A stretch of DNA of 64,000 nucleotides from Nitrospirales bacterium. Its GTDB lineage: Bacteria; Nitrospirota; Nitrospiria; Nitrospirales; UBA8639. Of this stretch, positions 10,294 to 21,619 are shown one piece after another. Position 1 is the first letter of the stretch. Each line of letters starts with the position of its first letter. A program made the position numbers and the translations under genes. Location of the stretch: NCBI GenBank assembly GCA_963555755.3, contig OY820905.2, forward strand, positions 1,216,001 to 1,280,000, written 5' to 3'. The notes beneath the pieces are model-generated. The model saw only the letters and a list, made by a program, of their open reading frames with translations, made no database searches and was not told the DNA's origin.

Positions 10294-11745
10294 TCATTCC
10301 ATTCCCAAGGCTTCCCGGAGAGCTTGTACATCCGGGGCGAACTGCCCGAGTTCTTCAGTTTGCGACTCCCACTGCCATAACAGCGCTTCAAGCCGTTCCT
10401 TGCCAGATGCGGTCTTTGCTGCCTCGCGCGGGGTCTGGTCTTTTAGGGCTGGAAGTGAGGTACCGAGCCACGCCTTCCAATGTTGCTCTGACATCTCTTT
10501 CAATTGTGCCTGAATTTCCGGCGTCTCCTGAAGTTCCTTGCTTGGCGACTGACTCACACTGGTCTCCGGCGACCGGTTGGCGATGTCTTCAAGCATCTTT
10601 TTCGGTGACTCTATCACTGCGTTACGGAACATGGCCTGATTACCTAGCCGGACTTCAATTTCGCCTTTGATGACATCAGCCCGTTCCTGGGAATTGACAT
10701 TAATGGTGAGCTGATCGTGGTTAATAACAATATGGCCCATGACGGTATTATCCCAACTTGCATGTTGCGGGTTCCCTTTTTTCAACCACGGAAACTCAAT
10801 GGACACCAACTCTCCACGCTCGTCCTGTTTCCCATCTTGGATTAATTCATCGGCGTCCACTGTTAAGGCGAGTGTGGCGAGGGCATCCAGAGTTTGGCGG
10901 GGCGTGCATGTTAGCGTGTAGTACAGCTTGGTGGACTGAAATTCATCCCCATCAGTGTTGCGGAGTTCTGGTAAGCCAGGGTTAGAGAGTTCCTCCCGAA
11001 TCTCGTAGTAGATAGCGCGCAGTTCGAGATCATATAACAACAAGAAGTCCTGGTCATAATCGGAATGTTGATTCGCCATGTTCTCGCGGAAATCTATGAA
11101 ATAATTGTGATAGGAAGGTGGGATCACCGTGGGAGCACAGCCCACCATAATGGAGGCCCCATCCATATTAATGATTCGTGTAAGTATGATCGAGGCTTTG
11201 CGCAACATAGACGAGCCTTGACGTTCGTGAACCGTCACCTCCCGTCCCAGGATGAGATCACGGAGCGTGAGAGACTCGCCTGGTTCAACATCTGTCACCA
11301 TAAAAAAACTGTAGGGCTGCGAACAGATCTCCTCGATGAAACGATGTTGAAATACATCCAATCGCGAACCCTTTACCTTGAGATAATGCATGGCCACCGG
11401 CATTGCAGGCAGGTGTGCGGCGTCCTCTACCTCAGTATTGTCCGGTATCCAGTTGAACACGAACCAGGGAAGAAACACCGTGTCCAATTCAGGTTGAGCA
11501 CTCGAATCCATGGGCACGTCGTTCCACAGCGAAAACTCATCCCATGCCTCAGCCACGACTTCCGGACCGTAGTATTTGACGGCATGCTTGAGCAGAATAG
11601 GGATAAGCTCCCCTTCCGTCCTGCGCATGTTCAACCAGGTTAAACTGGCAATTGGCGTGACCTCCTTTGGAAGGCAACATTTCTTGTATTTTCTCCCGCT
11701 GCCACAGAGGCAGGGATCATTACGACCCAAGTTCGCCATATCCAT
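10294..11745 (-). CDS. SEC-C motif domain protein
   Basis: GRNDPCLCGSGRKYKKCC at the N-terminus; C-terminal W...PAL..TPREAA motif. Confidence 0.85.
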   Translation of the reverse strand: MDMANLGRNDPCLCGSGRKYKKCCLPKEVTPIASLTWLNMRRTEGELIPILLKHAVKYYGPEVVAEAWDEFSLWNDVPMDSSAQPELDTVFLPWFVFNWIPDNTEVEDAAHLPAMPVAMHYLKVKGSRLDVFQHRFIEEICSQPYSFFMVTDVEPGESLTLRDLILGREVTVHERQGSSMLRKASIILTRIINMDGASIMVGCAPTVIPPSYHNYFIDFRENMANQHSDYDQDFLLLYDLELRAIYYEIREELSNPGLPELRNTDGDEFQSTKLYYTLTCTPRQTLDALATLALTVDADELIQDGKQDERGELVSIEFPWLKKGNPQHASWDNTVMGHIVINHDQLTINVNSQERADVIKGEIEVRLGNQAMFRNAVIESPKKMLEDIANRSPETSVSQSPSKELQETPEIQAQLKEMSEQHWKAWLGTSLPALKDQTPREAAKTASGKERLEALLWQWESQTEELGQFAPDVQALREALGME

Positions 11746-11873
11746 CCTTTACCATAAAATCCGTTGGCTTCCTCGTGAGGAGCAAGACTCGCTCATCGAA
11801 AGCCCAACATTGCGATGATGATGTGTTGCCATTTTCCCTATTATGTTACCTGTTCCGCAACCGCCATCTTCCC

Positions 11874-13463
11874 CCCAAAATCCGCGATGGATTTTGTCAA
11901 CAGGACTCCTTTGGCGAAAACCACCTGTTTCATCCACGAGAGAAGTCGCATGGTCAATGTTCTTGCTGGATCCGAGGCCGCCTCCAAGGGATTCCTTGCC
12001 GCACTGGGTGTAACCTGCTCCTTCTGGGCAACCTGCTCCTTTCATGCTTCCTCTCGCGTCTGATTCCTGCCCTGGCTTATGCCTGGGCAGCTTCCGCACA
12101 GCGCGTCCGAATCTCCGCACACATGCCCCACAACCAGTGCTGCACTTTGAGGATCACCGCGCCGGCATGCCGGACCACGTTGCCCGCCCTCTGATACAGC
12201 CGCCAACGCACCGTGCGCCCTTGGCATCGGCTCCAGGCACGGGGGAAAGCCAACAACTTGAACAACACAAAGAGGTTGTAGGCCAACACGCTCATGCGAA
12301 AGAAGACGGCATTGGCCGCGAAGGTCCCACACGGAAGCCGTTCCAGGCCAAAGCCAAGCTTCAGTTCTTTGATGCGATTCTCGCTGGTCTCCCCGCGCTG
12401 GTTATCCCACCGCACCATCTCCTCGGGGGGTCCGTCTCGGTTCGTCGCAAGCAGCGTGTAGCGCTGGCGGGGGGCCTCGGGGGCAAACAAATCCTGTGGC
12501 ACGGGCCGTCGCAACACGATGAGACGAAAGGCGTGCGGGGTCTTCGCCATACAATGCACTGTGTCCGCAAGGTGTCCATCTCGGTAGGGTTGCCACTGGC
12601 ATTCCGGGATAGCTGCAATGGCGGCCTGCACGGCCGCATCCTGCACGCCCCCAATGGCAACCGTCACCTTCTGCTCCGCACACCAGTTGAACCGCTCCAC
12701 TTGGTACGCCGCACTATCTGCCCGCACAGGAGCCATCCGTTTCCCGTTGGGCATCTGGGCCGCACAGGCCTGAGTAAATTCTAGATGGCGGGACGCCGGG
12801 GCCTCATGGCCTTCGCGAAACTCCTCCCCAATCACCAGCCCATTTTCTGCCAGATGTCCCAGCAGCGGCATAGAGCCTCGCTCCCCCTTGTCCGTCCATT
12901 TGGCTGCCTGCTTCTCCGCGACAATCTGCGTGGCATCACGGTCGAGGGTATAGTCCGTAAGCGGCTCCCGCTTCCACGCCCGCCGGATCTGCTGCTGCTT
13001 GACGACGGCTAAGCCTGCCAACCCCTCCTTCTCTCCCATGCGCCGCAGCCACTCTCCCGTCGCATCTGCACTGGGGAGCACGGAGACTCGCAGCACCGCT
13101 CGCAACCCGGCGTCCTCGCGAATCTGCCGCAGGTCCTCCAGCGTCCGGCCCCCGCCATGCAACAGCAACAGTAGGGGCTCGACAAATTGGGCAGGGTGGT
13201 AGCCGCTGCGGCTCCCGGGCGCGGGCAAGGCCGCATCGAGTTGCCCGGGCACATTCATCGCTTGGAGAAACTCCCCGACCAGCGCCAGCCCGCCATGGGC
13301 GGTGAGCTGCTCGTCGGTGGGCTCGAGCTTGAACGGAAGAACGGTTTGTGGCCTCATTCGTTTCACCTCGTTGGTGAGGAGTGGCTAAGTGGATGGGCAC
13401 CCGTATCTTAGTAAATCAACGAGGTTTTTTTATGCCCGAAATAAATCCATCGCGGATCTTGGG
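11874..13463 (-). mobile_element. IS1380-family element, degenerating
   Basis: Terminal inverted repeats cccaaaatccgcgatggattt / aaatccatcgcggatcttggg; no TSD seen. Confidence 0.85.
12077..13366 (-). CDS. IS1380-family transposase with many substitutions in conserved motifs, probably inactive
   Basis: LTAHGGL, LDxDAT, RADSAAY and NQRGETSENRIKELK. Confidence 0.85.
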   Translation of the reverse strand: MKRMRPQTVLPFKLEPTDEQLTAHGGLALVGEFLQAMNVPGQLDAALPAPGSRSGYHPAQFVEPLLLLLHGGGRTLEDLRQIREDAGLRAVLRVSVLPSADATGEWLRRMGEKEGLAGLAVVKQQQIRRAWKREPLTDYTLDRDATQIVAEKQAAKWTDKGERGSMPLLGHLAENGLVIGEEFREGHEAPASRHLEFTQACAAQMPNGKRMAPVRADSAAYQVERFNWCAEQKVTVAIGGVQDAAVQAAIAAIPECQWQPYRDGHLADTVHCMAKTPHAFRLIVLRRPVPQDLFAPEAPRQRYTLLATNRDGPPEEMVRWDNQRGETSENRIKELKLGFGLERLPCGTFAANAVFFRMSVLAYNLFVLFKLLAFPRAWSRCQGRTVRWRLYQRAGNVVRHAGAVILKVQHWLWGMCAEIRTRCAEAAQA

Positions 13464-13716
13464 TTACACTTCCTCCACCCTCTCCCTTGCCATGACTGTC
13501 GGAAAAGTCTCGTCCCGAGAACAGCCTGACTTTTCGGTTAATACAGGCGGTTTTGTCAAAAAATAGTGCTTTCCTTTGGATCTACGAAAAATTTTCCCGG
13601 AATTGGGGTTAGCCATGAGAGTGTTTTGTATCATACAGGGTGCCGTCACCAAACGACGAGTCCCTTTTGTTTCGGAAAAAGGAACCAAAACCATTTCCGC
13701 CTAGGCGCGGCCCTAT

Positions 13717-13838
13717 AGAGAATGATCAAAACGTCCGTCAGCAAGGCCGCAGGCGCTTTGGCGCGCGCAGCGTACAAGTTAGTACGTGAGCACGGCAAAG
13801 GGCCGAGAACGCCGCTGACGAACGTTTTGATCATTCTC
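13717..13838 (-). mobile_element. MITE family C-related short element
   Basis: Terminal inverted repeat agagaatgatcaaaacgt; core gcagcgtac...gtacgtgag. Confidence 0.7.
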
Positions 13839-13920
13839 TTCCGGGTGCCTCCGCCGCGCCCAACGCGAAGACCCACGATCGAGACAGAAAATGAAGGAGC
13901 AACCTTACATAACAATTGAT

Positions 13921-14075
13921 TGTCATTTCGAGCGGAGCGAGAAATTTCCCCTCATTGCCGAACGAGAGATTTCTCCCAAGGGTCGAAATGACAAAGAAGG
14001 GGTGGAAGTGCCAAGCAGTTTGCGAAATGACAGGAGGGAAAGCCTGAATTCCCGATTAAGGATGTCTGGAATGAC
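13921..14075. repeat. Cluster of TGTCATTTCG...CGAAATGACA palindromic repeats plus a family F end
   Basis: Similar to the repeats at 53160-53280 and 54617-54735. Confidence 0.6.
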
Positions 14076-14127
14076 GGTAAGGAAAATTGCTAGGAGCCTG
14101 TCCGAGATTGAAACGCAAGGATCACGT

Positions 14128-14847
14128 TTAGCGCTTGCTCCCCTGTTTACCTTCTCCCATCCACCCCTCATCCGCAAAAGAAACAAATCGGGCATCACCG
14201 ATGATGACGTGGTCGAGTACTTGGATCCCAAGGATATTGCCGGCTTCTTGTAATCGCGCGGTGAGCGTTCGATCTTCGACACTGGGCTTCGGATCGCCAC
14301 TAGGATGATTGTGGAGAAAGATGACGGCAGCGGCAGACTCCCGCACCGCTTCGTTAAAGACTTCGCGTGGATGAACTACACTGGTCGTGAGGCTCCCTTC
14401 GGACACGGTGATGTCTCGAATCACGGCATGCTTGGCATCCAATAAAATGACTTTAAAGACTTCATGCCGAAGATCGCGAAGCAACGGATAATAGTGCTGG
14501 AACACCGATTGACTGTTGGAAATCTTCATGCCTGTGGTGAGCGGTGTGGAAAGCACGCGCTTTCCTAATTCAATCGCGGCCTTGACTTGCGCAGCCTTGG
14601 CCGGCCCAATCCCAGGCACCGCGCAGAGTTCTTCAAGAGAGCGGTTTGCTAATCCCTGTAGCCCTTCAAGATGATGAAGCAGATCGATCGCGACCTGAAC
14701 CGCGGAGGAGTCCTGCCGTCCGACGCGAAGAAGAATCGCGAGTAGTTGTGCATCGGATAAACTTTCTGGACCTTCTTGCAATAAGCGTTCGCGCGGCCGT
14801 TCGGATTTCGGCCAGTTGACGATTCCTTTCCGACTCTGGTTTTTCAC
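14128..14847 (-). CDS. radC: RadC / JAB domain protein
   Basis: ERPRERL, GIGPAKA, HPREVF, HNHPSGD and LDHVII; probable GTG start at 14847. Confidence 0.93.
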   Translation of the reverse strand: MKNQSRKGIVNWPKSERPRERLLQEGPESLSDAQLLAILLRVGRQDSSAVQVAIDLLHHLEGLQGLANRSLEELCAVPGIGPAKAAQVKAAIELGKRVLSTPLTTGMKISNSQSVFQHYYPLLRDLRHEVFKVILLDAKHAVIRDITVSEGSLTTSVVHPREVFNEAVRESAAAVIFLHNHPSGDPKPSVEDRTLTARLQEAGNILGIQVLDHVIIGDARFVSFADEGWMGEGKQGSKR

Positions 14848-15144
14848 GTGGTGCCTCGTATGCTCGGTTTGGGGAATTCGAAATAAAAAATCCCCCTCAC
14901 TCCCTTTTCCAAAGGGGGACAAGGTCATAGGATTTTGGAAAATAACTAGGTTGAAACTAGCTTCACAATCTTCCAAAAAATACCAGAGACGAAAGTCCAT
15001 GTACAAATAGGCTTCAAATAAATTATACTTAAATTATAAACTCGAGCTATTAATACCATTAAACGCACGCGACAGTGCATGCTAATTCTCTTGCTGGTCT
15101 TCGAAATGGTGTGCTAAGGTTTTTTCCCTTGTGGGAATACCTTC

Positions 15145-15735
15145 ATGACGATGCGCGTAGTGGCGGGAACGCAAAAAGGTCGACGCCTCAAGGAACCGAC
15201 GAGTCCTGGACTCCGGCCTACATCGGGACGGGTCAAAGAGGCGCTCTTTTCAATGATCGCAGAACGCCTTCCCAACGCCACCGTGCTAGATCTGTATGCG
15301 GGGACGGGAGCCCTAGGCCTTGAAGCCATAAGTCGAGGAGCGCGGAAAGTGGTCTTTGTGGAAAACCAGCCAGCCTCGATCCAGGTGCTGCGTGAAAATA
15401 TTACTCGCTGTCAATTCACTGCTTGTAGTAGCATTAATCCCCAAGACGTCCAGGTCTATTTGAACACCCACTCTCTACGACAGAATGCAAGCCCGTTCGA
15501 TCTGGTGTTCGCCGATCCACCCTATGAAGTTTCTGATTTGGAACCGCTCCTCAACCAGCTCGATTCCAGTGAAAAAGTGGCGACCAACGGGTTGGTGGTG
15601 ATTGAACATTTTAAAAAAGCCTCACTTCCTTTGAAAGCGGGGCAACTCCGGCAAACTCGGCAATCTCGTTATGGCGATACCATCTTGACCTTTTATCACA
15701 TGGTGCCAACCACGAAAGAAGACACATGCGCATAG
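15145..15735 (+). CDS. rsmD: 16S rRNA m2G966 methyltransferase
   Basis: MRVVAG, RPTSGRVKEALF, LDLYAGTGALGLEA and DPPY. Confidence 0.93.
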   Translation: MTMRVVAGTQKGRRLKEPTSPGLRPTSGRVKEALFSMIAERLPNATVLDLYAGTGALGLEAISRGARKVVFVENQPASIQVLRENITRCQFTACSSINPQDVQVYLNTHSLRQNASPFDLVFADPPYEVSDLEPLLNQLDSSEKVATNGLVVIEHFKKASLPLKAGQLRQTRQSRYGDTILTFYHMVPTTKEDTCA

Positions 15736-16205
15736 GCGTCTACCCCGGCACCTTTGACCCCATCACGCGCGGCCACACCGATATCGTGGCACGCAGCCTG
15801 CACTTGTTCGATCGCCTGATTGTGGCCGTGGCGCCCAACCCTCGGAAAGAACCGTTGCTGTCCATTGCCGATCGAGTGGAGCTCGCGAAAATTGTCACGA
15901 AAGATTTTCCAAATGTGGAAGTGGAATCCTTCAATGGACTCTTGGTGGAGTATGTGCGGAAACGTGGAGCGCATGCGCTTATTCGCGGGTTGCGTGCGCT
16001 GTCGGATTTTGAACATGAATTCCAGATGGCGTTGCTCAACCGAAAGATTGACGAGCAATTGGAAACCGTATTTTTCATGCCAAGCGAAGAGTACTCGTAT
16101 CTGACCTCTAGCATTGTTAAAGAACTGGCGATGTTTGGAGGACCCTTGGAAGATTTTGTTCACCCTGAAGTCGCCGAAAAACTTCGGCAGTGCTATCGCC
16201 AATAG
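15726..16205 (+). CDS. coaD: Pantetheine-phosphate adenylyltransferase
   Basis: YPGTFDPITRGH, RGLRALSDFE and SSIVKE. Confidence 0.97.
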   Translation: MRIGVYPGTFDPITRGHTDIVARSLHLFDRLIVAVAPNPRKEPLLSIADRVELAKIVTKDFPNVEVESFNGLLVEYVRKRGAHALIRGLRALSDFEHEFQMALLNRKIDEQLETVFFMPSEEYSYLTSSIVKELAMFGGPLEDFVHPEVAEKLRQCYRQ

Positions 16206-16210
16206 ACATC

Positions 16211-17404
16211 ATGAACCTGTCTATTCGTTCCACTCGCATTGTCCCATCGCCTACACTCAGCATTACCGCCAAAGCCAAATCCATGGCTGCGGAAGGCATC
16301 GATGTCATCGATTTTTCAGCCGGCGAGCCCGCACAAGACACCCCAGAGTTTGTCAGGGAAGCCGGGCAAGCCGCTATTCAATCCGGGTTTACCAGGTACA
16401 CCCCGGTCTCAGGAACGGATGAGCTGAGACAAGCCATCATCGACAAGTTCCAGCGGGATCAAGGGGTGAGGTATGAAAAATCGCAGATTCTTGTGTCATG
16501 CGGGGCCAAGCATTCGTTGTACAATATATTTCAGGCGTTGTTGGATCCTGGGGATGAAGTGATCATTCCGGCCCCTTATTGGGTGTCATATCCCGATCAA
16601 GTTCGATTAGCCGATGGCACTCCGGTTATCCTGGAGACTCGGGAATCCGACAACTTCGCCATCGACGCAATCGCGCTTGAAGCCTGCATCACAGCACGGA
16701 CCAAAGCCCTGGTCTTGAACAGCCCGAGCAATCCAACCGGCGCCATCTATTCTCAAGACACTCTTGCCCGCATCGCCACCATTGCCAAAAAGCACAAGGT
16801 GCTGGTGATCTCGGATGAAATTTACGAGAAGCTGGTCTTCGGCGATCCCCCATTTTTCAGCATCGTGTCCGTGGATCCCGAGGTCGTTCATCAAACCGTG
16901 GTGGTAAACGGCATGTCCAAAGCGTTTGCCATGACCGGATGGCGCATTGGATATGCCGCAGGCCCAAAGGACTTGATTGCGGCGATGTCCAACATTCAAG
17001 GGCAAAGCACCTCGAACCCTACGTCAATTTCACAAAAAGCTGCTGTAGCGGGATTGCAGGGCGGATCAAGTTTTTTTGAGGAAATGGTCAAGGACCTTCG
17101 ACCCAAACGAGACCTAGTGGTCGAACAACTCAATTCGATTCCTGGCGTAACCTGCCCAACACCCTCCGGCGCCTTTTATGCCTACCCTAACGTGTCGGGG
17201 CTTCTCGGACGTCGTCATTCCAAGGGAACCATTGCTACTCCCTCGGACTTGGCGACCTATTTGTTACAGGGAGCGCATCTGGCTTGTGTTCCCGGTGAAC
17301 CCTTCGGCAGTCCGTCACATCTTCGGTTATCGTACACACCAACCATGGAAGCCGTTCAAAAAGGAATGGAACGTTTTCGATCGGCCGTTCAAGCGCTTTC
17401 TTAA
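16211..17404 (+). CDS. aspC: PLP-dependent aminotransferase class I (aspartate aminotransferase)
   Basis: PYWVSY, NSPSNPTG, SDEIYE and SKAFAMTGWRIG. Confidence 0.9.
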   Translation: MNLSIRSTRIVPSPTLSITAKAKSMAAEGIDVIDFSAGEPAQDTPEFVREAGQAAIQSGFTRYTPVSGTDELRQAIIDKFQRDQGVRYEKSQILVSCGAKHSLYNIFQALLDPGDEVIIPAPYWVSYPDQVRLADGTPVILETRESDNFAIDAIALEACITARTKALVLNSPSNPTGAIYSQDTLARIATIAKKHKVLVISDEIYEKLVFGDPPFFSIVSVDPEVVHQTVVVNGMSKAFAMTGWRIGYAAGPKDLIAAMSNIQGQSTSNPTSISQKAAVAGLQGGSSFFEEMVKDLRPKRDLVVEQLNSIPGVTCPTPSGAFYAYPNVSGLLGRRHSKGTIATPSDLATYLLQGAHLACVPGEPFGSPSHLRLSYTPTMEAVQKGMERFRSAVQALS

Positions 17405-17479
17405 ACCTAGACTTGCCTTGACTAACCAAATTTTGGTGTTATAGAAACATGTAGTAGTGGTAATATTGCAAGGAGGAGA

Positions 17480-17899
17480 ATGACCGTGCCTATTTATGAA
17501 TACCAGTGCGAAACATGTGAACATAAATTTGAAGTGCAGCAAAAATTTTCAGACCCACTCGTCGATGCATGCACAAAATGCGGAAAAAGTGTCCGCAAAC
17601 TCATTTCCGCACCTGGCATTGTGTTTAAAGGAACGGGATGGTACGTGACCGACTACTCGAATAAATTGAAGGACCCGAATGCATCGAAACCCAGCGACTC
17701 ACCCGACGGGAAAAAAGACGGGGGAGGTTCAGCGTCAAAGAGTGATGGGAAAAGTGGCGATTCGAGTTCCTCAACCGCAAAAAGTGAATCGAGCACCCCT
17801 TCGTCGTCATCTTCGGATTCATCATCATCTTCAAGCGCATCAACTTCGACATCAACCTCAACTTCTTCGCCTTCTTCTTCGTCTTCGCCAGGCTCATAA
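17480..17899 (+). CDS. FmdB-family zinc ribbon protein with Ser-rich tail
   Basis: PIYEYQCETC, CTKCG and FKGTGWYVTDY. Confidence 0.9.
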   Translation: MTVPIYEYQCETCEHKFEVQQKFSDPLVDACTKCGKSVRKLISAPGIVFKGTGWYVTDYSNKLKDPNASKPSDSPDGKKDGGGSASKSDGKSGDSSSSTAKSESSTPSSSSSDSSSSSSASTSTSTSTSSPSSSSSPGS

Positions 17900-17911
17900 C
17901 GAACACCAACC

Positions 17912-18580
17912 TTACGGCGGACAGTCCCCGAAGGACTCAGCCAGTAGGTGACGCCAAACCAGTCGAGCAAACACTTCATAGCCGGCCGCATTGAAGTGCA
18001 GCCCATCACTGGCAAACTGAGAAGCTAATAGTTGGGTGGGTCCTTCTAGGGTTTCAGCGAATAAATCCAGGCACGGTATATTGAATGTCCGACATACCTC
18101 AGAAATCTGCTGGTTCAGGACGAGTCGTTGATCGATGTGGGTTTGCAACCAAGGCGGAATCCGCCTTTCTGAATCTTTTTGCCAGATGCCGGGCTCACCG
18201 CCATCTACACAGATCGACGGCACCGTCACCCCCACCGGTTCAATGCCTGCATCAAGGGCTGAACGGTACATCAGTTTAAGATTTTCAAAAATGTGCATAG
18301 GAGCCACGCCCGAACCCAAATCATTGGTTCCGCCTAAAATCACCGTGACTTTTGGCTGAGCTGCCACGACATCTCGGTGAAAACGCTTAACCATCTCACT
18401 GGTGAGTTCTCCGCAAATTCCCGTAACCACGATCTTTGCACCAGCCCCCACCCATTGCTGAATAAATCCGCCATAAGGAGTATCAGCATTCAGGCCAAAA
18501 CCTCCCACCCCAGTTTGATACCCTGCGGTCAGGCTATCACCAAAACACACCAAAAATGGAGCCGTTGCTTTCATTCCCAT
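17912..18580 (-). CDS. SGNH/GDSL hydrolase
   Basis: GDSLTAG, GGTND and DGLHF; start uncertain (18580 has an RBS). Confidence 0.88.
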   Translation of the reverse strand: MGMKATAPFLVCFGDSLTAGYQTGVGGFGLNADTPYGGFIQQWVGAGAKIVVTGICGELTSEMVKRFHRDVVAAQPKVTVILGGTNDLGSGVAPMHIFENLKLMYRSALDAGIEPVGVTVPSICVDGGEPGIWQKDSERRIPPWLQTHIDQRLVLNQQISEVCRTFNIPCLDLFAETLEGPTQLLASQFASDGLHFNAAGYEVFARLVWRHLLAESFGDCPP

Positions 18581-18842
18581 TCCATTCCTCTCGCTCGATC
18601 CACGGTGGAAAAATAGCATGATCACGAAGCCTCACCTCGACTTCCCTGATCCTGTATAATAGGACATGGTCCAGCGTCAATGAAAATTTTTGAGACAACC
18701 TTGACAGCACCACATTCTAGTGAATACCTTCGGGGGTCAATACGGTTCTCTGCTAGATGCACCATGCCTCAGGTGTGAGACCAACCCTACCAATTGGGAT
18801 ACCCAACGTTAATTAATCAGATTGAAGAAGGAGGCCTTTGCC

Positions 18843-19418
18843 ATGCAAGGAGTAAGTGATGTGATTGCCACCAAAACGAGCACCCGGACAGGCGCGCTAT
18901 GCCTGACCTTGTTATTGATCAGCCTATGGTGTGGCCTCCCACAGGCGGTTGCCGCGAAAGACTTTAGGGTTGGGGTTGTGGACTCGCAAGCCGTGATGGA
19001 AAAGTCCAAAGCCGGAAAACGCTCCTTTGCGACCCTGCAAGAACATATGGCCATTCGACAAAAACTAATAGCGTCAGATGAGGAAGAGATCAGAATCCTT
19101 CAGGGGGAATTCCAGAATGCGAAGGGGCTCAGTGAAAAAGATATGCAGGCCAAGCAAGGTCTCTTTCAACGAAAGGTGCAGGAATTCCAAAGGCGTACCC
19201 AGGAGTTTACACAAGAACTTGCACAAAAAGAGCAGGCCATGTTCATAGAGTATATGGGCAAGATTGCAAAAGCGGCCCAGGCCGTTGCCGATCGCCATGG
19301 GTTCACTCTTGTGATCGAGAAAGGCCGGAAAGACAGATTACCGATCGTGCTCTATAGTCGAAAGGGACTCGATATCACGAACGAAGTCATCAAAGAATTT
19401 AACAAGAAATTTCCGTAG
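18843..19418 (+). CDS. OmpH/Skp periplasmic chaperone
   Basis: Signal peptide, VGVVD, coiled coil and LDITNEVI; AGGAGG RBS. Confidence 0.88.
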   Translation: MQGVSDVIATKTSTRTGALCLTLLLISLWCGLPQAVAAKDFRVGVVDSQAVMEKSKAGKRSFATLQEHMAIRQKLIASDEEEIRILQGEFQNAKGLSEKDMQAKQGLFQRKVQEFQRRTQEFTQELAQKEQAMFIEYMGKIAKAAQAVADRHGFTLVIEKGRKDRLPIVLYSRKGLDITNEVIKEFNKKFP

Positions 19419-19485
19419 GGACCAGGTTCCATTGTTTTCATATAGAATTTGGACAATCTGAACGGACATCCCCTCACGCATTCAA

Positions 19486-19869
19486 CTATTGAGAATCAGG
19501 GCCTGGGTCAATTGGCAATCCCGCCTGACGCCAGGCCTTGATTCCACCTGCCATTGAAGCCACTCGTGTGTACCCCATCTCCATAAGGCTTACAGCAGCC
19601 AGCACGGACCGATACCCTCCGCCGCAATACAACACAATCTCGGCATCTGTATCAGGAATCAGTTTTTCGATATCGCGTTCCAGAATTCCACGCCCAACAT
19701 GCACCGCCCCTTGGGCATACCCGGTGGCATATTCATGGTCTTCACGCACATCAAGAAGATGAAATGGCTCGGCACGCTCGAACCGAGCGTGTACCTCCTG
19801 CACACTGCATTCACGAACCCGCGCACGAACGTGTTCAACTAATTGCTCAAATCCTGAATGATGGACCAT
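19486..19869 (-). CDS. Rhodanese-like domain protein
   Basis: LDVRE, LYCGGGYRS and SMAGGIKAW. Confidence 0.9.
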   Translation of the reverse strand: MVHHSGFEQLVEHVRARVRECSVQEVHARFERAEPFHLLDVREDHEYATGYAQGAVHVGRGILERDIEKLIPDTDAEIVLYCGGGYRSVLAAVSLMEMGYTRVASMAGGIKAWRQAGLPIDPGPDSQ

Positions 19870-20427
19870 GGCTTAGTCTCCTAGAATCCCCTCATGACTC
19901 TTCACGCCTCCTCCAACTCCGAATCATCGAAACAAGACACATGACCCCAAGGATGGCTAAACCCAACATCGATGCCGCATCACGGAACCACGACGAATGA
20001 ATATGGAGGTCTTCAACTTCAAGCGAATCGGAAGTGGTGAATCGTCCTTTCATTGACACTAGCGCGGCGTGAGGCAACGGATTGGCACCCAACTTGAGGT
20101 ATTCATTCGACACCGTTCTAATAACATCCCCCGAGTCCCTCTTGATATACGAAACCCGATCGAACTCGACCACTCGCCCCACGCGTGCCTCAGTTTCACG
20201 TAAGGTCTTCATAAAATGATTATCCGCTTGCTCGGCTCCACTCATGACTGCCACCGGAAACACAAAATACCCGGCCAGGACTAGAACGGACAGTACACTG
20301 TTTCTCGCGGAAAACCCAATTGGAATGAGAGGCTGTTCAACAGCCGATCGCCACGCAATCACCACGTAGACTAAACCAAGTGCCGAAAGTCCATACGTCA
20401 CAATGCTTTCCGGCCAATACCACCCTA

Positions 20428-21619
20428 GTGTAGTGTCCTAATTTGATTGTATATTATCAAGAGTTGAGCGCGCACGATTCACTTTTTTTAAAATTTCTTC
20501 CGCGGACTTTGTCCACACAAATGGTTTCGGTTTTATATTCTGTTTCTCAATAGACTCAACAATCTTTTGCTCCAGCTCAGCGACCGAAGTACACACCCCT
20601 CGTTTCAGTTGCTTCTCTGTGAGTACACCAAAAAATCGCTCCACCAGATTCAGCCATGAGGAACTGGTTGGGGTGAAATGGAGAAAGACCCGTGGATTCC
20701 GTTTTAACCAGTTCCGGACTTTTTCGTGCTTATGTGTGGAATAATTATCAACGATAATATGCAGGTCTTTCTCCTTGTCTGTTTGACCTTCAACCGTCTT
20801 GATGAATTTGAGAAACTCTTTATGGGTATGCTTCTGGTAACATTCACCGGTTACCCTGCCGGTGGCAACTTCGAGTGCGGCAAACAGGGTACTGGTCCCG
20901 TTTCGTTTATAATCATGCGTGACGGTTCCACAGCGGCCTTTCTTGAATGGCAGCCCAGGTTGAGTACGATCTAAGGCCTGGATGGAGGTCTTTTCATCAA
21001 TGCAAAGGACTATCGCATTGTCTGGGGGGTTCAAATATAATCCCACGACGTCACACAACTTCTCTTCAAACTGTGGATCATTGCTGACCGTAAAGGTCTT
21101 CACTCAATGAGGTTTTAAGCCAACCGACTGCCACACACGATGCACAAAGCTGTGCGTCGTATTCAGTGCGTCCGCCAGTGTCCGGGTGGACCAATGCGTC
21201 GCGTTGGCTGGTTTCGCCTGCGTCGTGGTGGCAATAATCTTTTTCCGAAGTCTGGCCTGCTTTCGGGTGTCTTGCCCTCCATGATTGGCCCCTCTGGGTT
21301 TATCTTTACTGATTGCGATCAGGCCACCCTCGACAAATCGGTTTCTCCACTTGCCGACTTTGTTAGGTGGGATCTTGAGCCTTTGGGCGATCACTTTGTT
21401 CTCCAGGCCTGCGGCCGACAACAGGACGATGTGGGAGCGTTCGGCCAAGCGGACGGAGACGGATCGGCTTCGGGTGTTTTTCGTCAATGTCTTCTTGTCG
21501 AAAGCGGATAATGTAATTGTTGTTGCTACTCTCATAACGGCAGACTCCTCCTGTTCAAGGACAGCTGCAGTATAACAAGAATACAACATATAATATACAG
21601 TTTATTTAGGACACTACAC
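20428..21619 (-). mobile_element. IS630-family element with TA duplication
   Basis: Terminal inverted repeats gtgtagtgtcctaa / ttaggacactacac; TA at 20426-20427 and 21620-21621. Confidence 0.92.
20438..21535 (-). pseudogene. IS630 transposase with an internal in-frame TGA at 21104-21106
   Basis: [20 protein letters not shown] and [18 protein letters not shown]. Confidence 0.88.

Noticed and set aside
21104..21106. Programmed readthrough or selenocysteine in the IS630 transposase
   Set aside because: The position is normally Leu/Arg, a single substitution explains it, and the gene carries other degenerative changes.
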